The notes below the pieces were generated by a model that had not been told where the DNA came from, made no database searches, and saw only the letters and a list, made by a program, of their open reading frames with translations. Position numbers and translations under genes: made by a program. 64,000 nt of DNA from Eledone cirrhosa (taxonomy: Eukaryota): assembly GCA_964016885.1 (NCBI GenBank), contig OZ024742.1, forward strand, positions 372,620,001 through 372,684,000. The letters are read 5' to 3'. Positions 47,246 to 61,300 of this stretch are shown in pieces (the stretch's first letter is position 1; each line of letters starts with the position of its first letter).

Positions 47246-49290
47246 ATAAACTGTAAATCTCATTCTATGAACTGTAAATCTCTTTCTATATAAACTGTAA
47301 ATCTCATTCTATATAAACAGTGAATCTCTTTCTATAAACTCTAAATCTCTTTCTATATAAACTGTAAATATCATTCTATATACACTCTAAATCTCTTTCT
47401 ATATAAACTATAAATCTCATTCTATATAAACTGTATATATCATTCTATAAACTGTAAATTTCATTCTATAAACTGTAAATCTCTTTCTATATGAACTGTA
47501 AATCTCATTCTATAAAAACTCTAAATCTCTTTCTATATAAACTGTAAATCTCATTCTATATACACTGTAAATCTCTTTCTATATAAACTGTAAATCTCAT
47601 TCTATATAAACTGTATATATCATTCTATAAACTGTAAATCTCATTCTATAAACTGTAAATCTCTTTCTATATAAGCTGTAAATCTCATTCTATATAAACT
47701 GTAAATCTGATTCTATAAACTGTAAATCTCTTTCTTTATAAACTCTTAATCTCATTCTATATAAACTGTAAATCTCATTCTATAAACTGTAAATCTCATT
47801 CTATATAAGCTGTAAATCTCATTCTATGAACTGTAAATCTATTTCTATATAAACTGTAAATCTCATTCTATATAATCTGTATATATCATTCTATAAACTG
47901 TAAATCTCATTCTATAAACTGTAAATCTCTTTCTATATAAACTGTAAATCTCATTCTATATAAACTGTAAATATCTTTCTATATGAACTGTAAATCTCAT
48001 TCTATATAAACTGTAAATCTATTTCTATATAAACTGTAAATCTCATTCTATATAAACTGTAAATCTCATTCTATATAAACTTTAAATCTCATTCTATATG
48101 AACTGTAAATCTCTTTCTATATAAACTGTAAATCTCATTCTATATAAACTGTGAATCTCATTCTATATAAACTGAAATTCTCATTCTATATTTACTGTAA
48201 ATCTCATTCTATAAACTGTAAGTCTCTTTCTATATAAGCTGTAAATCTCATTCTATATAAACTGTAAATCTCATTCTATGAACTGTAAATCTCTTTCTAT
48301 ATAAACTGTAAATCTCATTCTATATAAACAGTGAATCTCTTTCTATAAACTCTAAATCTCTTTCTATATAAACTGTAAATATCATTCTATATACACTCTA
48401 AATCTCTTTCTATATAAACTATAAATCTCATTCTATATAAACTGTATATATCATTCTATAAACTGTAAATTTCATTCTATAAACTGTAAATCTCTTTCTA
48501 TATGAACTGTAAATCTCATTCTATAAAAACTCTAAATCTCTTTCTATATAAACTGTAAATCTCATTCTATATACACTGTAAATCTCTTTCTATATAAACT
48601 GTAAATCTCATTCTATATAAACTGTATATATCATTCTATAAACTGTAAATCTCATTCTATAAACTGTAAATCTCTTTCTATATAAGCTGTAAATCTCATT
48701 CTATATAAACTGTAAATCTGATTCTATAAACTGTAAATCTCTTTCTTTATAAACTCTTAATCTCATTCTATATAAACTGTAAATCTCATTCTATAAACTG
48801 TAAATCTCATTCTATATAAGCTGTAAATCTCATTCTATGAACTGTAAATCTATTTCTATATAAACTGTAAATCTCATTCTATATAATCTGTATATATCAT
48901 TCTATAAACTGTAAATCTCATTCTATAAACTGTAAATCTCTTTCTATATAAACTGTAAATCTCATTCTATATAAACTGTAAATATCTTTCTATATGAACT
49001 GTAAATCTCATTCTATATAAACTGTAAATCTATTTCTATATAAACTGTAAATCTCATTCTATATAAACTGTAAATCTCATTCTATATAAACTTTAAATCT
49101 CATTCTATATGAACTGTAAATCTCTTTCTATATAAACTGTAAATCTCATTCTATATAAACTGTGAATCTCATTCTATATAAACTGAAATTCTCATTCTAT
49201 ATTTACTGTAAATCTCATTCTATAAACTGTAAGTCTCTTTCTATATAAGCTGTAAATCTCATTCTATATAAACTGTAAATCTCATTCTAT
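47246..49290. repeat. Higher-order tandem duplication, period 1,011 bp, two copies
   Basis: ATATAAACAGTGAATC at 47311/48322 and TTTACTGTA at 48191/49202. Confidence 0.92.
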
Positions 49291-49349
49291 AAACTGTAAA
49301 TCTCATTCTATATAAACTGTAAATCTCATTCTATAAACTGTGAATCTTT

Positions 49350-52300
49350 TTCTATATAAACTGTATATATCATTCTATAAACTGTAAATCTCATTCTATA
49401 AACTGTAAATCTCTTTCTATATAAACTGTAAATCTCATTCTTTATAAACTGTAAATCTAATACTATATTAACTGTAAATCTGATTCTATAAACTGTAAAT
49501 CTCTTTCTATATAAACTGTAAATCTCACTCTATATAAACTGTAAATCTCTTTCTATATAAACTGTAAATCTCGTTCTATATAAGCTGTAAATCTCATTCT
49601 ATAAACTGTAAATCTCTTTCTATATAAACTGTAAATCCCATTCTATATAAACTGTATATATCATTCTATAAACTGTAAATCACATTCTATAAACTGTAAA
49701 TCTCTTTCTATATAAACTGTAAATCTCATTCTATATAAACTGTAAATCTCTTTCTTTATGAACTGTAAATCTCATTCTATATAAATTGTAAATCTCATTC
49801 TATAAACTGTGAATCTCATTCTATATAAACTGTAAATCTCATTCTATAAACTGTAAATCTCATTCTATGAACTGTAAATCTCTTTCTATATAAACTGTAA
49901 ATCTCATTCTATATAAACTGTAAATCTCATTCTATAAACTGTAAATCTCTTTCTGTATAAACTGTAAATCTCATTCTATATAAACTGTAAATCTCTTTCT
50001 ATATAAACTGTAAATTTCATTCTATAAACTGTAAATCTCTTTCTATATAAACTGTAAATCTCATTCTATATAAACTGTAAATCTCTTTCCATATAAACTG
50101 TAAATCTCATTCTATATAAGCTGTAAATCTCATTCTATAAACTGTACATCTCTTTCTATATAAACTGTAAATCCCATTCTATATAAACTGTATATATCAT
50201 TCTATAAACTGTACATCTCATTCTATAAACTGTAAATCTCTTTCTATATGAACTGTAAATCTCATCCTATATAAACTGTAAATCTCATTCTATATTAACT
50301 GTAAATCTGATTCTATAAACTGTAAATCTCTTTCTATATAAACTCTTAATCTCATTCTATATAAACTGTAAATCTTATTCTATATAAACTGTATATATCA
50401 TTCTATAAACTGTAAATCTCATTCTATAAACTGTAAATCTCTTTCTATATAAACTGTAAATCTCATTCTATATAAACTGTAAATCTCATTCTATATTAAC
50501 TGTAAATCTGATTCTATAAACTGTAAATCTCTTTCTATATAAACTCTTAATCTCATTCTATATGAACTGTAAGTCTCTTTCTATATAAACTGTGAATCTC
50601 ATTCTATATATATGCTGTAAATCCCATTCTATGAACTGTAAATCTCTTTCTATATAAACTGTAAATCTTATTCTATATAAACTGTAAATCTCATTCTATA
50701 AACTGTAAATCTCTTTCTATATAAACTGTAAATCTCATTCTATATAAACTGTAAATCTCTTTCTATATAAACTGTAAATTTCATTTTATAAACTGTAAAT
50801 CTCTTTCCATATAAACTGGAAATCTCATTCTATATAAACTGTAAGTCTCATTCTATATAAACTGTGAATCTCATTCTATATACACTGTAAATCTCTTTCT
50901 ATATAAACTGTAAATCTTATTCTATATAAGCTGTAAATCTCATTCTATAAACTGTAAATCTCTTTCTATATAAACTGTAAATCTCGTTCTATATAAGCTG
51001 TAAATCTCATTCTATAAACTGTAAATCTCTTTCTACATAAACTGTAAATCTCGTTCTATATAAGCTGTAAATCTCATTCTATAAACTGTAAATCTCATTC
51101 TATAAACTGTAAATCTCTTTCTATATAAACTGTAAATCTCATTCTATATAAACTGTAAATCTCTTTCTATATGAACTGTAAATCTCATTCTATATAAATT
51201 GTAAATCTCATTCTATAAACTGTGAATCTCATTCTATATAAACTGTAAATCTCATTCTATATAAACTGTAAATCTCATTCTACATTAACTGTAAATCCCA
51301 TTCTATAAACTGTAAATCTCTTTCTATATAAGCTGTAAATCTCATTCTATATAAACTGTAAATCCCATTCTATAAACTGTAAATCTCTTTCTATATAAGC
51401 TGTAAATCTCATTCTATATAAACTGTAAATTTCATTCTATAAACTGTAAATCTCTTTCTATATAAACTGTAAATTTCCTTCTATATAAACTGTATATATC
51501 ATTCTATAAACTGTAAATAACATTCTATAAACTGTAAATCTCTTTCTATATAAACTGTAAATCTCATTCTATATAAACTGTAAATCTCTTTCTATATGAA
51601 CTGTAAATCTCATTCTATATAAATTGTAAATCTCATTCTATAAACTGTGAATCTCATTCTATATAAACTGTAAATCTCATTCCATAAACTGTAAATCTCA
51701 TTCTATGAACTGTAAATCTCTTTCTATATAAACTGTAAATCTCATTCTATATAAACTGTAAATCTCATTCTATAAACTGTAAATCTCTTTCTATATAAAC
51801 TGTAAATCTCATTCTATATAAACTCTAAATCTCTTTCTATATAAACTGTAAATCTCGTTCTATATAAACTGTGAATCTCATTCTATAAGCTGTAAATCTC
51901 TTTCTATATAAACTGTAAATCTCATTCTATATACACTGTAAATCTCTTTCTATATAAACTGTAAATCTCATTCTATATAAACTGTAAATCTCATTCTATA
52001 AACTGTAAATCTCTTTCCATATAAACTGTAAATCTCATTCTATATAAGCTGTAATTCTCATTCTATAAACTGTACATCTCTTTCTATATAAACTGTAAAT
52101 CCCATTCTATATAAACTGTATATATCATTCTATAAACTGTAAATCTCATTCTATAAACTGTAAATCTCTTTCTATATAAACTGTAAGTCTCATTCTATAT
52201 AAACTGTAAATCTAATTCTATATTAACTGTAAATCTGATTCTATAAACTGTAAATCTCTTTCTATATAAACTGTAAATCTCACTCTATATAAACTGTAAA

Positions 52301-55300
52301 TCTCTTTCTATATAAACTGTAAATCTTGTTCTATATAAGCTGTAAATCTCATTCTATATAATCTGTATATATCATTCTATAAACTGTAACTATCATTCTA
52401 TAAACTGTAAATCTCTTTCTATATAAACTGTAAATCTCATTCTATATAAACTGTAAATCTCTTTCTATATAAACTATAAATCTCATTCTATATAAGCTGT
52501 ATATATCATTCTATAAACTGTAAATCTCATTCTATAAACTGTAAATCTCTTTCTATATAAACTGTAAATCTCATTCTATATAAACTGTAAATATCTTTCT
52601 ATATGAACTGTAAATCTCATTCTATATAAACTGTGAATCTCATTCTATATAAACTGTAATTCTCATTCTATATTATCTGTAAATCTCATTCTATAAACTG
52701 TAAATCTCTTTCTATATAAGCTGTAAATCTCATTCTATATAAACTGTAAGTCTCATTCTATAAACTGTAAATCTCATTCTATATAAACTGTAAATCTCAT
52801 TCTATAAACTGTAAATCTCATTCTATATAATCTGTAAATCTCATTCTATAAACTGTAAATCTCATTCTATATAAACTGTAAATCTCTTTCTATATAAACT
52901 GTAAATCTCATTCTATATAAACTGTAAATCGCATTCTATAAACTGTAAATCTCTTTCTATATAAACTGTAAATCTCATTCTATATAAGCTGTAAATCTCA
53001 TTCTATAAACTGTAAATCTCTTTCTATATAAACTGTAAATCTCATTCTATATAAACTGTATATATCATTCTATAAACTGTAACTCTCAGTCTATAAACTG
53101 TAAATCTCGTTCTATATAAACTGTAAATCTCTTTCTATATGAACTATAAATCTCTTTCTATATAAATTCTGAATCTCATTCTATATAAGCTGTAAATCTC
53201 ATTCTATGAACTGTAAATCTCTTTCTATATAAGCTGTAAATCTCATTCTATAAACTGTAAATCTCTTTCTATATAAACTGTAAATCTCATTCTATATAAA
53301 CGGTAAATCTCTTTCTATATAAACTGTAAATTTCATTTTATAAACTGTAAATCTCTTTCTATATAAACTGTAAATCTCATTCTATATAAACTGTAAATCT
53401 CTTTCTATATAAACTGTAAATCTCATTCTATATAAACTGTGAATCTCATTCTATAAACTGTAAATCTCTTTCTATATAAACTGTAAATATCATTCTATAT
53501 ACACTGTAAATCCCTTTCTATATAAACTGTAAATCTCATTCTATATAAACTGTAAATCTCATTCTATAAACTGTAAATCTCTTTCTATATAAACTGTAAA
53601 TCTCGTTCTATATAAGCTGTAAATCTCATTCTATAAACTGTAAATCTCTTTCTATATAAACTGTAAATCCCATTCTATATAAACTGTATATATCATTCTA
53701 TAAACTGTAAATCACATTCTATAAACTGTAAATCTCATTCTATATAAACTGTAAATCTCTTTCTATATGAACTGTAAATCTCATTCTATATAAATTGTAA
53801 ATCTCATTCTATAAACTGTGAATCTCATTCTATATAAACTGTAAATCTCATTCTATAAACTGTAAATCTCATTCTATGAACTGTAAATCTCTTTCTATAT
53901 AAACTGTATATATCATTCTATAAACTGTAAATCTCATTCTATAAACTGTAAATCTCTTTCTATATAAGCTGTAAATCTCATTCTATGAACTGTAAATCTC
54001 TTTCTATATAAGCTGTAAATCTCATTCTATAAACTGTAAATCTCTTTCTATATAAACTGTAAATCTCATTCTATATAAACTGTAAATCTCTTTCTGTATA
54101 AACTGTAAATTTCATTTTATAAACTGTAAATCTCTTTCTATATAAACTGTAAATCCCATTCTATATAAACTGTATATATCATTCTATAAACTGTAAATCT
54201 CATTCTATAAACTGTAAATCTCTTTCTATATAAACTGTAAATCTCATTCTTTATAAACTGTAAATCTAATACTATATTAACTGTAAATCTGATTCTATAA
54301 ACTGTAAATCTCTTTCTATATAAACTGTAAATCTCACTCTATATAAACTGTAAATCTCTTTCTATATAAACTGTAAATCTCGTTCTATATAAGCTGTAAA
54401 TATCATTCTATAAACTGTAAATCTCTTTCTATATAAACTGTAAATCCCATTCTATATAAACTGTATATATCATTCTATAAACTGTAAATCACATTCTATA
54501 AACTGTAAATCTCTTTCTATATAAACTGTAAATCTCATTCTATATAAACTGTAAATCTCTTTCTTTATGAACTGTAAATCTCATTCTATATAAATTGTAA
54601 ATCTCATTCTATAAACTGTGAATCTCATTCTATATAAACTGTAAATCTCATTCTATAAACTGTAAATCTCATTCTATGAACTGTAAATCTCTTTCTATAT
54701 AAACTGTAAATCTCATTCTATATAAACTGTAAATCTCATTCTATAAACTGTAAATCTCTTTCTGTATAAACTGTAAATCTCATTATATATAAACTGTAAA
54801 TCTCTTTCTATATAAACTGTAAATTTCATTCTATAAACTGTAAATCTCTTTCTATATAAACTGTAAATCTCATTCTATATAAACTGTAAATCTCTTTCCA
54901 TATAAACTGTAAATCTCATTCTATATAAGCTGTAAATCTCATTCTATAAACTGTACATCTCTTTCTATATAAACTGTAAATCCCATTCTATATAAACTGT
55001 ATATATCATTCTATAAACTGTACATCTCATTCTATAAACTGTAAATCTCTTTCTATATGAACTGTAAATCTCATCCTATATAAACTGTAAATCTCATTCT
55101 ATATTAACTGTAAATCTGATTCTATAAACTGTAAATCTCTTTCTATATAAACTCTTAATCTCATTCTATATAAACTGTAAATCTTATTCTATATAAACTG
55201 TATATATCATTCTATAAACTGTAAATCTCATTCTATAAACTGTAAATCTCTTTCTATATAAACTGTAAATCTCATTCTATATAAACTGTAAATCTCATTC

Positions 55301-58300
55301 TATATTAACTGTAAATCTGATTCTATAAACTGTAAATCTCTTTCTATATAAACTCTTAATCTCATTCTATATGAACTGTAAGTCTCTTTCTATATAAACT
55401 GTGAATCTCATTCTATATATATGCTGTAAATCCCATTCTATGAACTGTAAATCTCTTTCTATATAAACTGTAAATCTTATGCTATATAAACTGTAAATCT
55501 CATTCTATAAACTGTAAATCTCTTTCTATATAAACTGTAAATCTCATTCTATATAAACTGTAAATCTCTTTCTATATAAACTGTAAATTTCATTTTATAA
55601 ACTGTAAATCTCTTTCCATATAAACTGGAAATCTCATTCTATATAAACTGTAAGTCTCATTCTATATAAACTGTGAATCTCATTCTATATACACTGTAAA
55701 TCTCTTTCTATATAAACTGTAAATCTTATTCTATATAAACTGTAAATCTCATTCTATAAACTGTAAATCTCTTTCTATATAAACTGTAAATCTCGTTCTA
55801 TATAAGCTGTAAACCTCATTCTATAAACTGTAAATCTCTTTCTACATAAACTGTAAATCTCGTTCTATATAAGCTGTAAATCTCATTCTATAAACTGTAA
55901 ATCTCATTCTATAAACTGTAAATCTCTTTCTATATAAACTGTAAATCTCATTCTATATAAACTGTAAATCTCTTTCTATATGAACTGTAAATCTCATTCT
56001 ATATAAATTGTAAATCTCATTCTATAAACTGTGAATCTCATTCTATATAAACTGTAAATCTCATTCTATATAAACTGTAAATCTCATTCTACATTAACTG
56101 TAAATCCCATTCTATAAACTGTAAATCTCTTTCTATATAAGCTGTAAATCTCATTCTATGTAAACTGTAAATCTCATTCTATAAACTGTAAATCTCATTC
56201 TATGAACTGTAAATCTCTTTCTATATAAACTGTAAATCTCATTCTATATAAACTGTAAATCTCATTCTATGAACTGTAAATCTCATTCTATATAAACTGT
56301 GAATCTCATTCTATATAAATTGTAATTCTCATTCTATATTATCTGTAAATCTCATTCTATAAACTGTAAATCTCTTTCTATATAAGCTGTAAATCTCATT
56401 CTATATAAACTGTAAGTCTCATTCTATAAACTGTAAATCTCATTCTATATAAACTGTAAATCTCATTCTATAAACTGTAAATCTCATTCTATATAATCTG
56501 TAAATCTCATTCTATAAACTGTAAATCTCATTCTATATAAACTGTAAATCTCTTTCTATATAAACTGTAAATCTCATTCTATATAAACTGTAAATCTCAT
56601 TCTATAAACTGTAAATCTCTTTCTATATAAACTGTAAATCTCATTCTATATAAGCTGTAAATCTCATTCTATAAACTGTAAATCTCTTTCTATATAAACT
56701 GTAAATCTCATTCTATATAAACTGTATATATCATTCTATAAACTGTAACTCTCAGTCTATAAACTGTAAATCTCGTTCTATATAAACTGTAAATCTCTTT
56801 CTATATGAACTATAAATCTCTTTCTATATAAACTCTGAATCTCATTCTATATAAGCTGTAAATCTCATTCTATGAACTGTAAATCTCTTTCTATATAAGC
56901 TGTAAATCTCATTCTATAAACTGTAAATCTCTTTCTATATAAACTGTAAATCTCATTCTATATAAACGGTAAATCTCCTTCTATATAAACTGTAAATTTC
57001 ATTTTATAAACTGTAAATCTCTTTCTATATAAACTGTAAATCTCATTCTATATAAACTGTAAATCTCTTTCTATATAAACTGTAAATCTCATTCTATATC
57101 AACTGTGAATCTCATTCTATAAACTGTAAATCTCTTTCTATATAAACTGTAAATATCATTCTATATACACTGTAAATCTCTTTCTATATAAACTGTAAAT
57201 CTCATTCTATATAAACTGTAAATCTCATTCTATAAACTGTAAATCTCTTTCTATATAAACTGTAAATCTCGTTCTATATAAGCTGTAAATCTCATTCTAT
57301 AAACTGTAAATCTCTTTCTATATAAACTGTAAATCTCTTTCCATATGAACTGTAAATCTCATTCTATATAAATTGTAAATCTCATTCTATAAACTGTGAA
57401 TCTCATTCTATATAAACTGTAAATCTCATTCTATGAACTGTAAATCTCTTTCTATATAAACTGTATATATCATTCTATAAACTGTAAATCTCATTCTATA
57501 AACTGTAAATCTCTTTCTATATAAGCTGTAAATCTCATTCTATGAACTGTAAATCTCTTTCTATATAAGCTGTAAATCTCATTCTATAAACTGTAAATCT
57601 CTTTCTATATAAACTGTAAATCTCATTCTATATAAACTGTAAATCTCTTTCTATATAAACTGTAAATCTCATTTTATAAACTGTAAATCTCTTTCTATAT
57701 AAACTGTAAATCTCATTCTATATAAACTGTAAATCTCATTCTATAAACTGTAAATCTCTTTCTATATAAACTGTAAATCTCGTTCTATATAAGCTGTAAA
57801 TCTCATTCTATAAACTGTAAATCTCTTTCTACATAAACTGTAAATCTCGTTCTATATAAGCTGTAAATCTCATTCTATAAACTGTAAATCTCATTCTATA
57901 AACTGTAAATCTCATTCTATAAACTGTAAATCTCTTTCTATATAAACTGTAAATCTCATTCTATATAAACTGTAAATCTCATTCTATATAAACTGTAAAT
58001 CTCTTTCTATATAAACTGTAAATTTCATTCTATAAACTGTAAATCTCTTTCTATATAAACTGTAAATCTCTTTCTATATGAACTGTAAATCTCATTCTAT
58101 ATAAATTGTAAATCTCATTCTATAAACTGTGAATCTCATTCTATATAAACTGTAAATCTCATTCTATAAACTGTAAATCTCATTCTATGAACTGTAAATC
58201 TCTTTCTATATAAACTGTATATATCATTCTATAAACTGTAAATCTCATTCTATAAACTGTAAATCTCTTTCTATATAAGCTGTAAATCTCATTCTATGAA

Positions 58301-61300
58301 CTGTAAATCTCTTTCTATATAAGCTGTAAATCTCATTCTATAAACTGTAAATCTCTTTCTATATAAACTGTAAATCTCATTCTATATAAACTGTAAATCT
58401 CTTTCTATATAAACTGTAAATTTCATTTTATAAACTGTAAATCTCTTTCTATATAAACTGTAAATCCCATTCTATATAAACTGTATATATCATTCTATAA
58501 ACTGTAAATCTCATTCTATAAACTGTAAATCTCTTTCTATATAAACTGTAAATCTCATTCTTTATAAACTGTAAATCTAATTCTATATTAACTGTAAATC
58601 TGATTCTATAAACTGTAAATCGCTTTCTATATAAACTGTAAATCTCACTCTATATAAACTGTAAATCTCTTTCTATATAAACTGTAAATCTCGTTCTATA
58701 TAAGCTGTAAATCTCATTCTATAAACTGTAAATCTCTTTCTATATAAACTGTAAATCCCATTCTATATAAACTGTATATATCATTCTATAAACTGTAAAT
58801 CACATTCTATAAACTGTAAATCTCTTTCTATATAAACTGTAAATCTCATTCTATATAAACTGTAAATCTCTTTCTTTATGAACAGTAAATCTCATTCTAT
58901 ATAAATTGTAAATCTCATTCTATAAACTGTGAATCTCATTCTATATAAACTGTAAATCTCATTCTATAAACTGTAAATCTCATTCTATGAACTGTAAATC
59001 TCTTTCTATATAAACTGTAAATCTCATTCTATAAAAACTGTAAATCTCATTCTATAAACTGTAAATCTCTTTCTGTATAAACTGTAAATCGCATTCTATA
59101 TAAACTGTAAATCTCATTCTATATACACTGTAAATCTCTTTCTATATAAACTGTAAATCTCATTCTATATAAACTGTAAATCTCTTTCCATATAAACTGT
59201 AAATCTCATTCTATATAAGCTGTAAATCTCATTCTATAAACTGTACATCTCTTTCTATATAAACTGTAAATCCCATTCTATATAAACTGTATATATCATT
59301 CTATAAACTGTACATCTCATTCTATAAACTGTAAATCTCTTTCTATATGAACTGTAAATCTCATCCTATATAAACTGTAAATCTCATTCTATATTAACTG
59401 TAAATCTGATTCTATAAACTGTAAATCTCTTTCTATATAAACTCTTAATCTCATTCTATATAAACTGTAAATCTCATTCTATATAAACTGTATATATCAT
59501 TCTATAAACTGTAAATCTCATTCTATAAACTGTAAATCTCTTTCTATATAAACTGTAAATCTCATTCTATATAAACTGTAAATCTCATTCTATATTAACT
59601 GTAAATCTGATTCTATAAACTGTAAATCTCTTTCTATATAAACTCTTAATCTCATTCTATATGAACTGTAAATCTCTTTCTATATAAACTGTGAATCTCA
59701 TTCTATATATATGCTGTAAATCCCATTCTATGAACTGTAAATCTCTTTCTATATAAACTGTAAATCTTATTCTATATAAACTGTAAATCTCATTCTATAA
59801 ACTGTAAATCTCTTTCTATATAAACTGTAAATCTCATTCTATATAAACTGTAAATCTCTTTCTATATAAACTGTAAATTTCATTCTATAAACTGTAAATC
59901 TCTTTCTATATAAACTGGAAATCTCATTCTATATAAACTGTAAATCTCTTTCTATATAAACTGTAAGTCTCATTCTATATAAACTGTGAATCTCATTCTA
60001 TATACACTGTAAATCTCTTTCTATATAAACTGTAAATCTTATTCTATATAAACTGTAAATCTCATTCTATAAACTGTAAATCTCTTTCTATATAAACTGT
60101 AAATCTCGTTCTATATAAGCTGTAAATCTCATTCTATAAACTGTAAATCTCTTTCTACATAAACTGTAAATCTCGTTCTATATAAGCTGTAAATCTCATT
60201 CTATAAACTGTAAATCTCATTCTATAAACTGTAAATCTCTTTCTATATAAACTGTAAATCTCATTCTATATGAACTGTAAATCTCTTTCTATATGAACTG
60301 TAAATCTCATTCTATATAAATTGTAAATCTCATTCTATAAACTGTGAATCTCATTCTATATGAACTGTAAATCTCATTCTATATAAACTGTAAATATCAT
60401 TCTACATTAACTGTAAATCCCATTCTATAAACTGTAAATCTCTTTCTATATAAGCTGTAAATCTCATTCTATGTAAACTGTAAATCTCATTCTATAAACT
60501 GTAAATCTCATTCTATGAACTGTAAATCTCTTTCTATATAAACTGTAAATCTCATTCTATATAAACTGTAAATCTCATTCTATGAACTGTAAATCTCATT
60601 CTATATAAACTGTGAATCTCATTCTATATAAACTGTAATTCTCATTCTATATTATCTGTAAATCTCATTCTATAAACTGTAAATCTCTTTCTATATAAGC
60701 TGTAAATCTCATTCTATATAAACTGTAAGTCTCATTCTATAAACTGTAAATCTCATTCTATATAAACTGTAAATCTCATTCTATAAACTGTAAATCTCAT
60801 TCTATATAATCTGTAAATCTCATTCTATAAACTGTAAATCTCATTCTATATAAACTGTAAATCTCTTTCTATATAAACTGTAAATCTCATTCTATATAAA
60901 CTGTAAATCTCATTCTATAAACTGTAAATCTCTTTCTATATAAACTGTAAATCTCATTCTATATAAGCTGTAAATCTCATTCTATAAACTGTAAATCTCT
61001 TTCTATATAAACTGTAAATATCATTCTATATAAACTGTATATATCATTCTATAAACTGTAACTCTCAGTCTATAAACCGTAAATCTCGTTCTATATAAAC
61101 TGTAAATCTCTTTCTATATGAACTATAAATCTCTTTCTATATAAACTCTGAATCTCATTCTATATAAGCTGTAAATCTCATTCTATGAACTGTAAATCTC
61201 TTTCTATATAAGCTGTAAATCTCATTCTATAAACTGTAAATCTCTTTCTATATAAACTGTAAATCTCATTCTATATAAACGGTAAATCTCTTTCTATATA

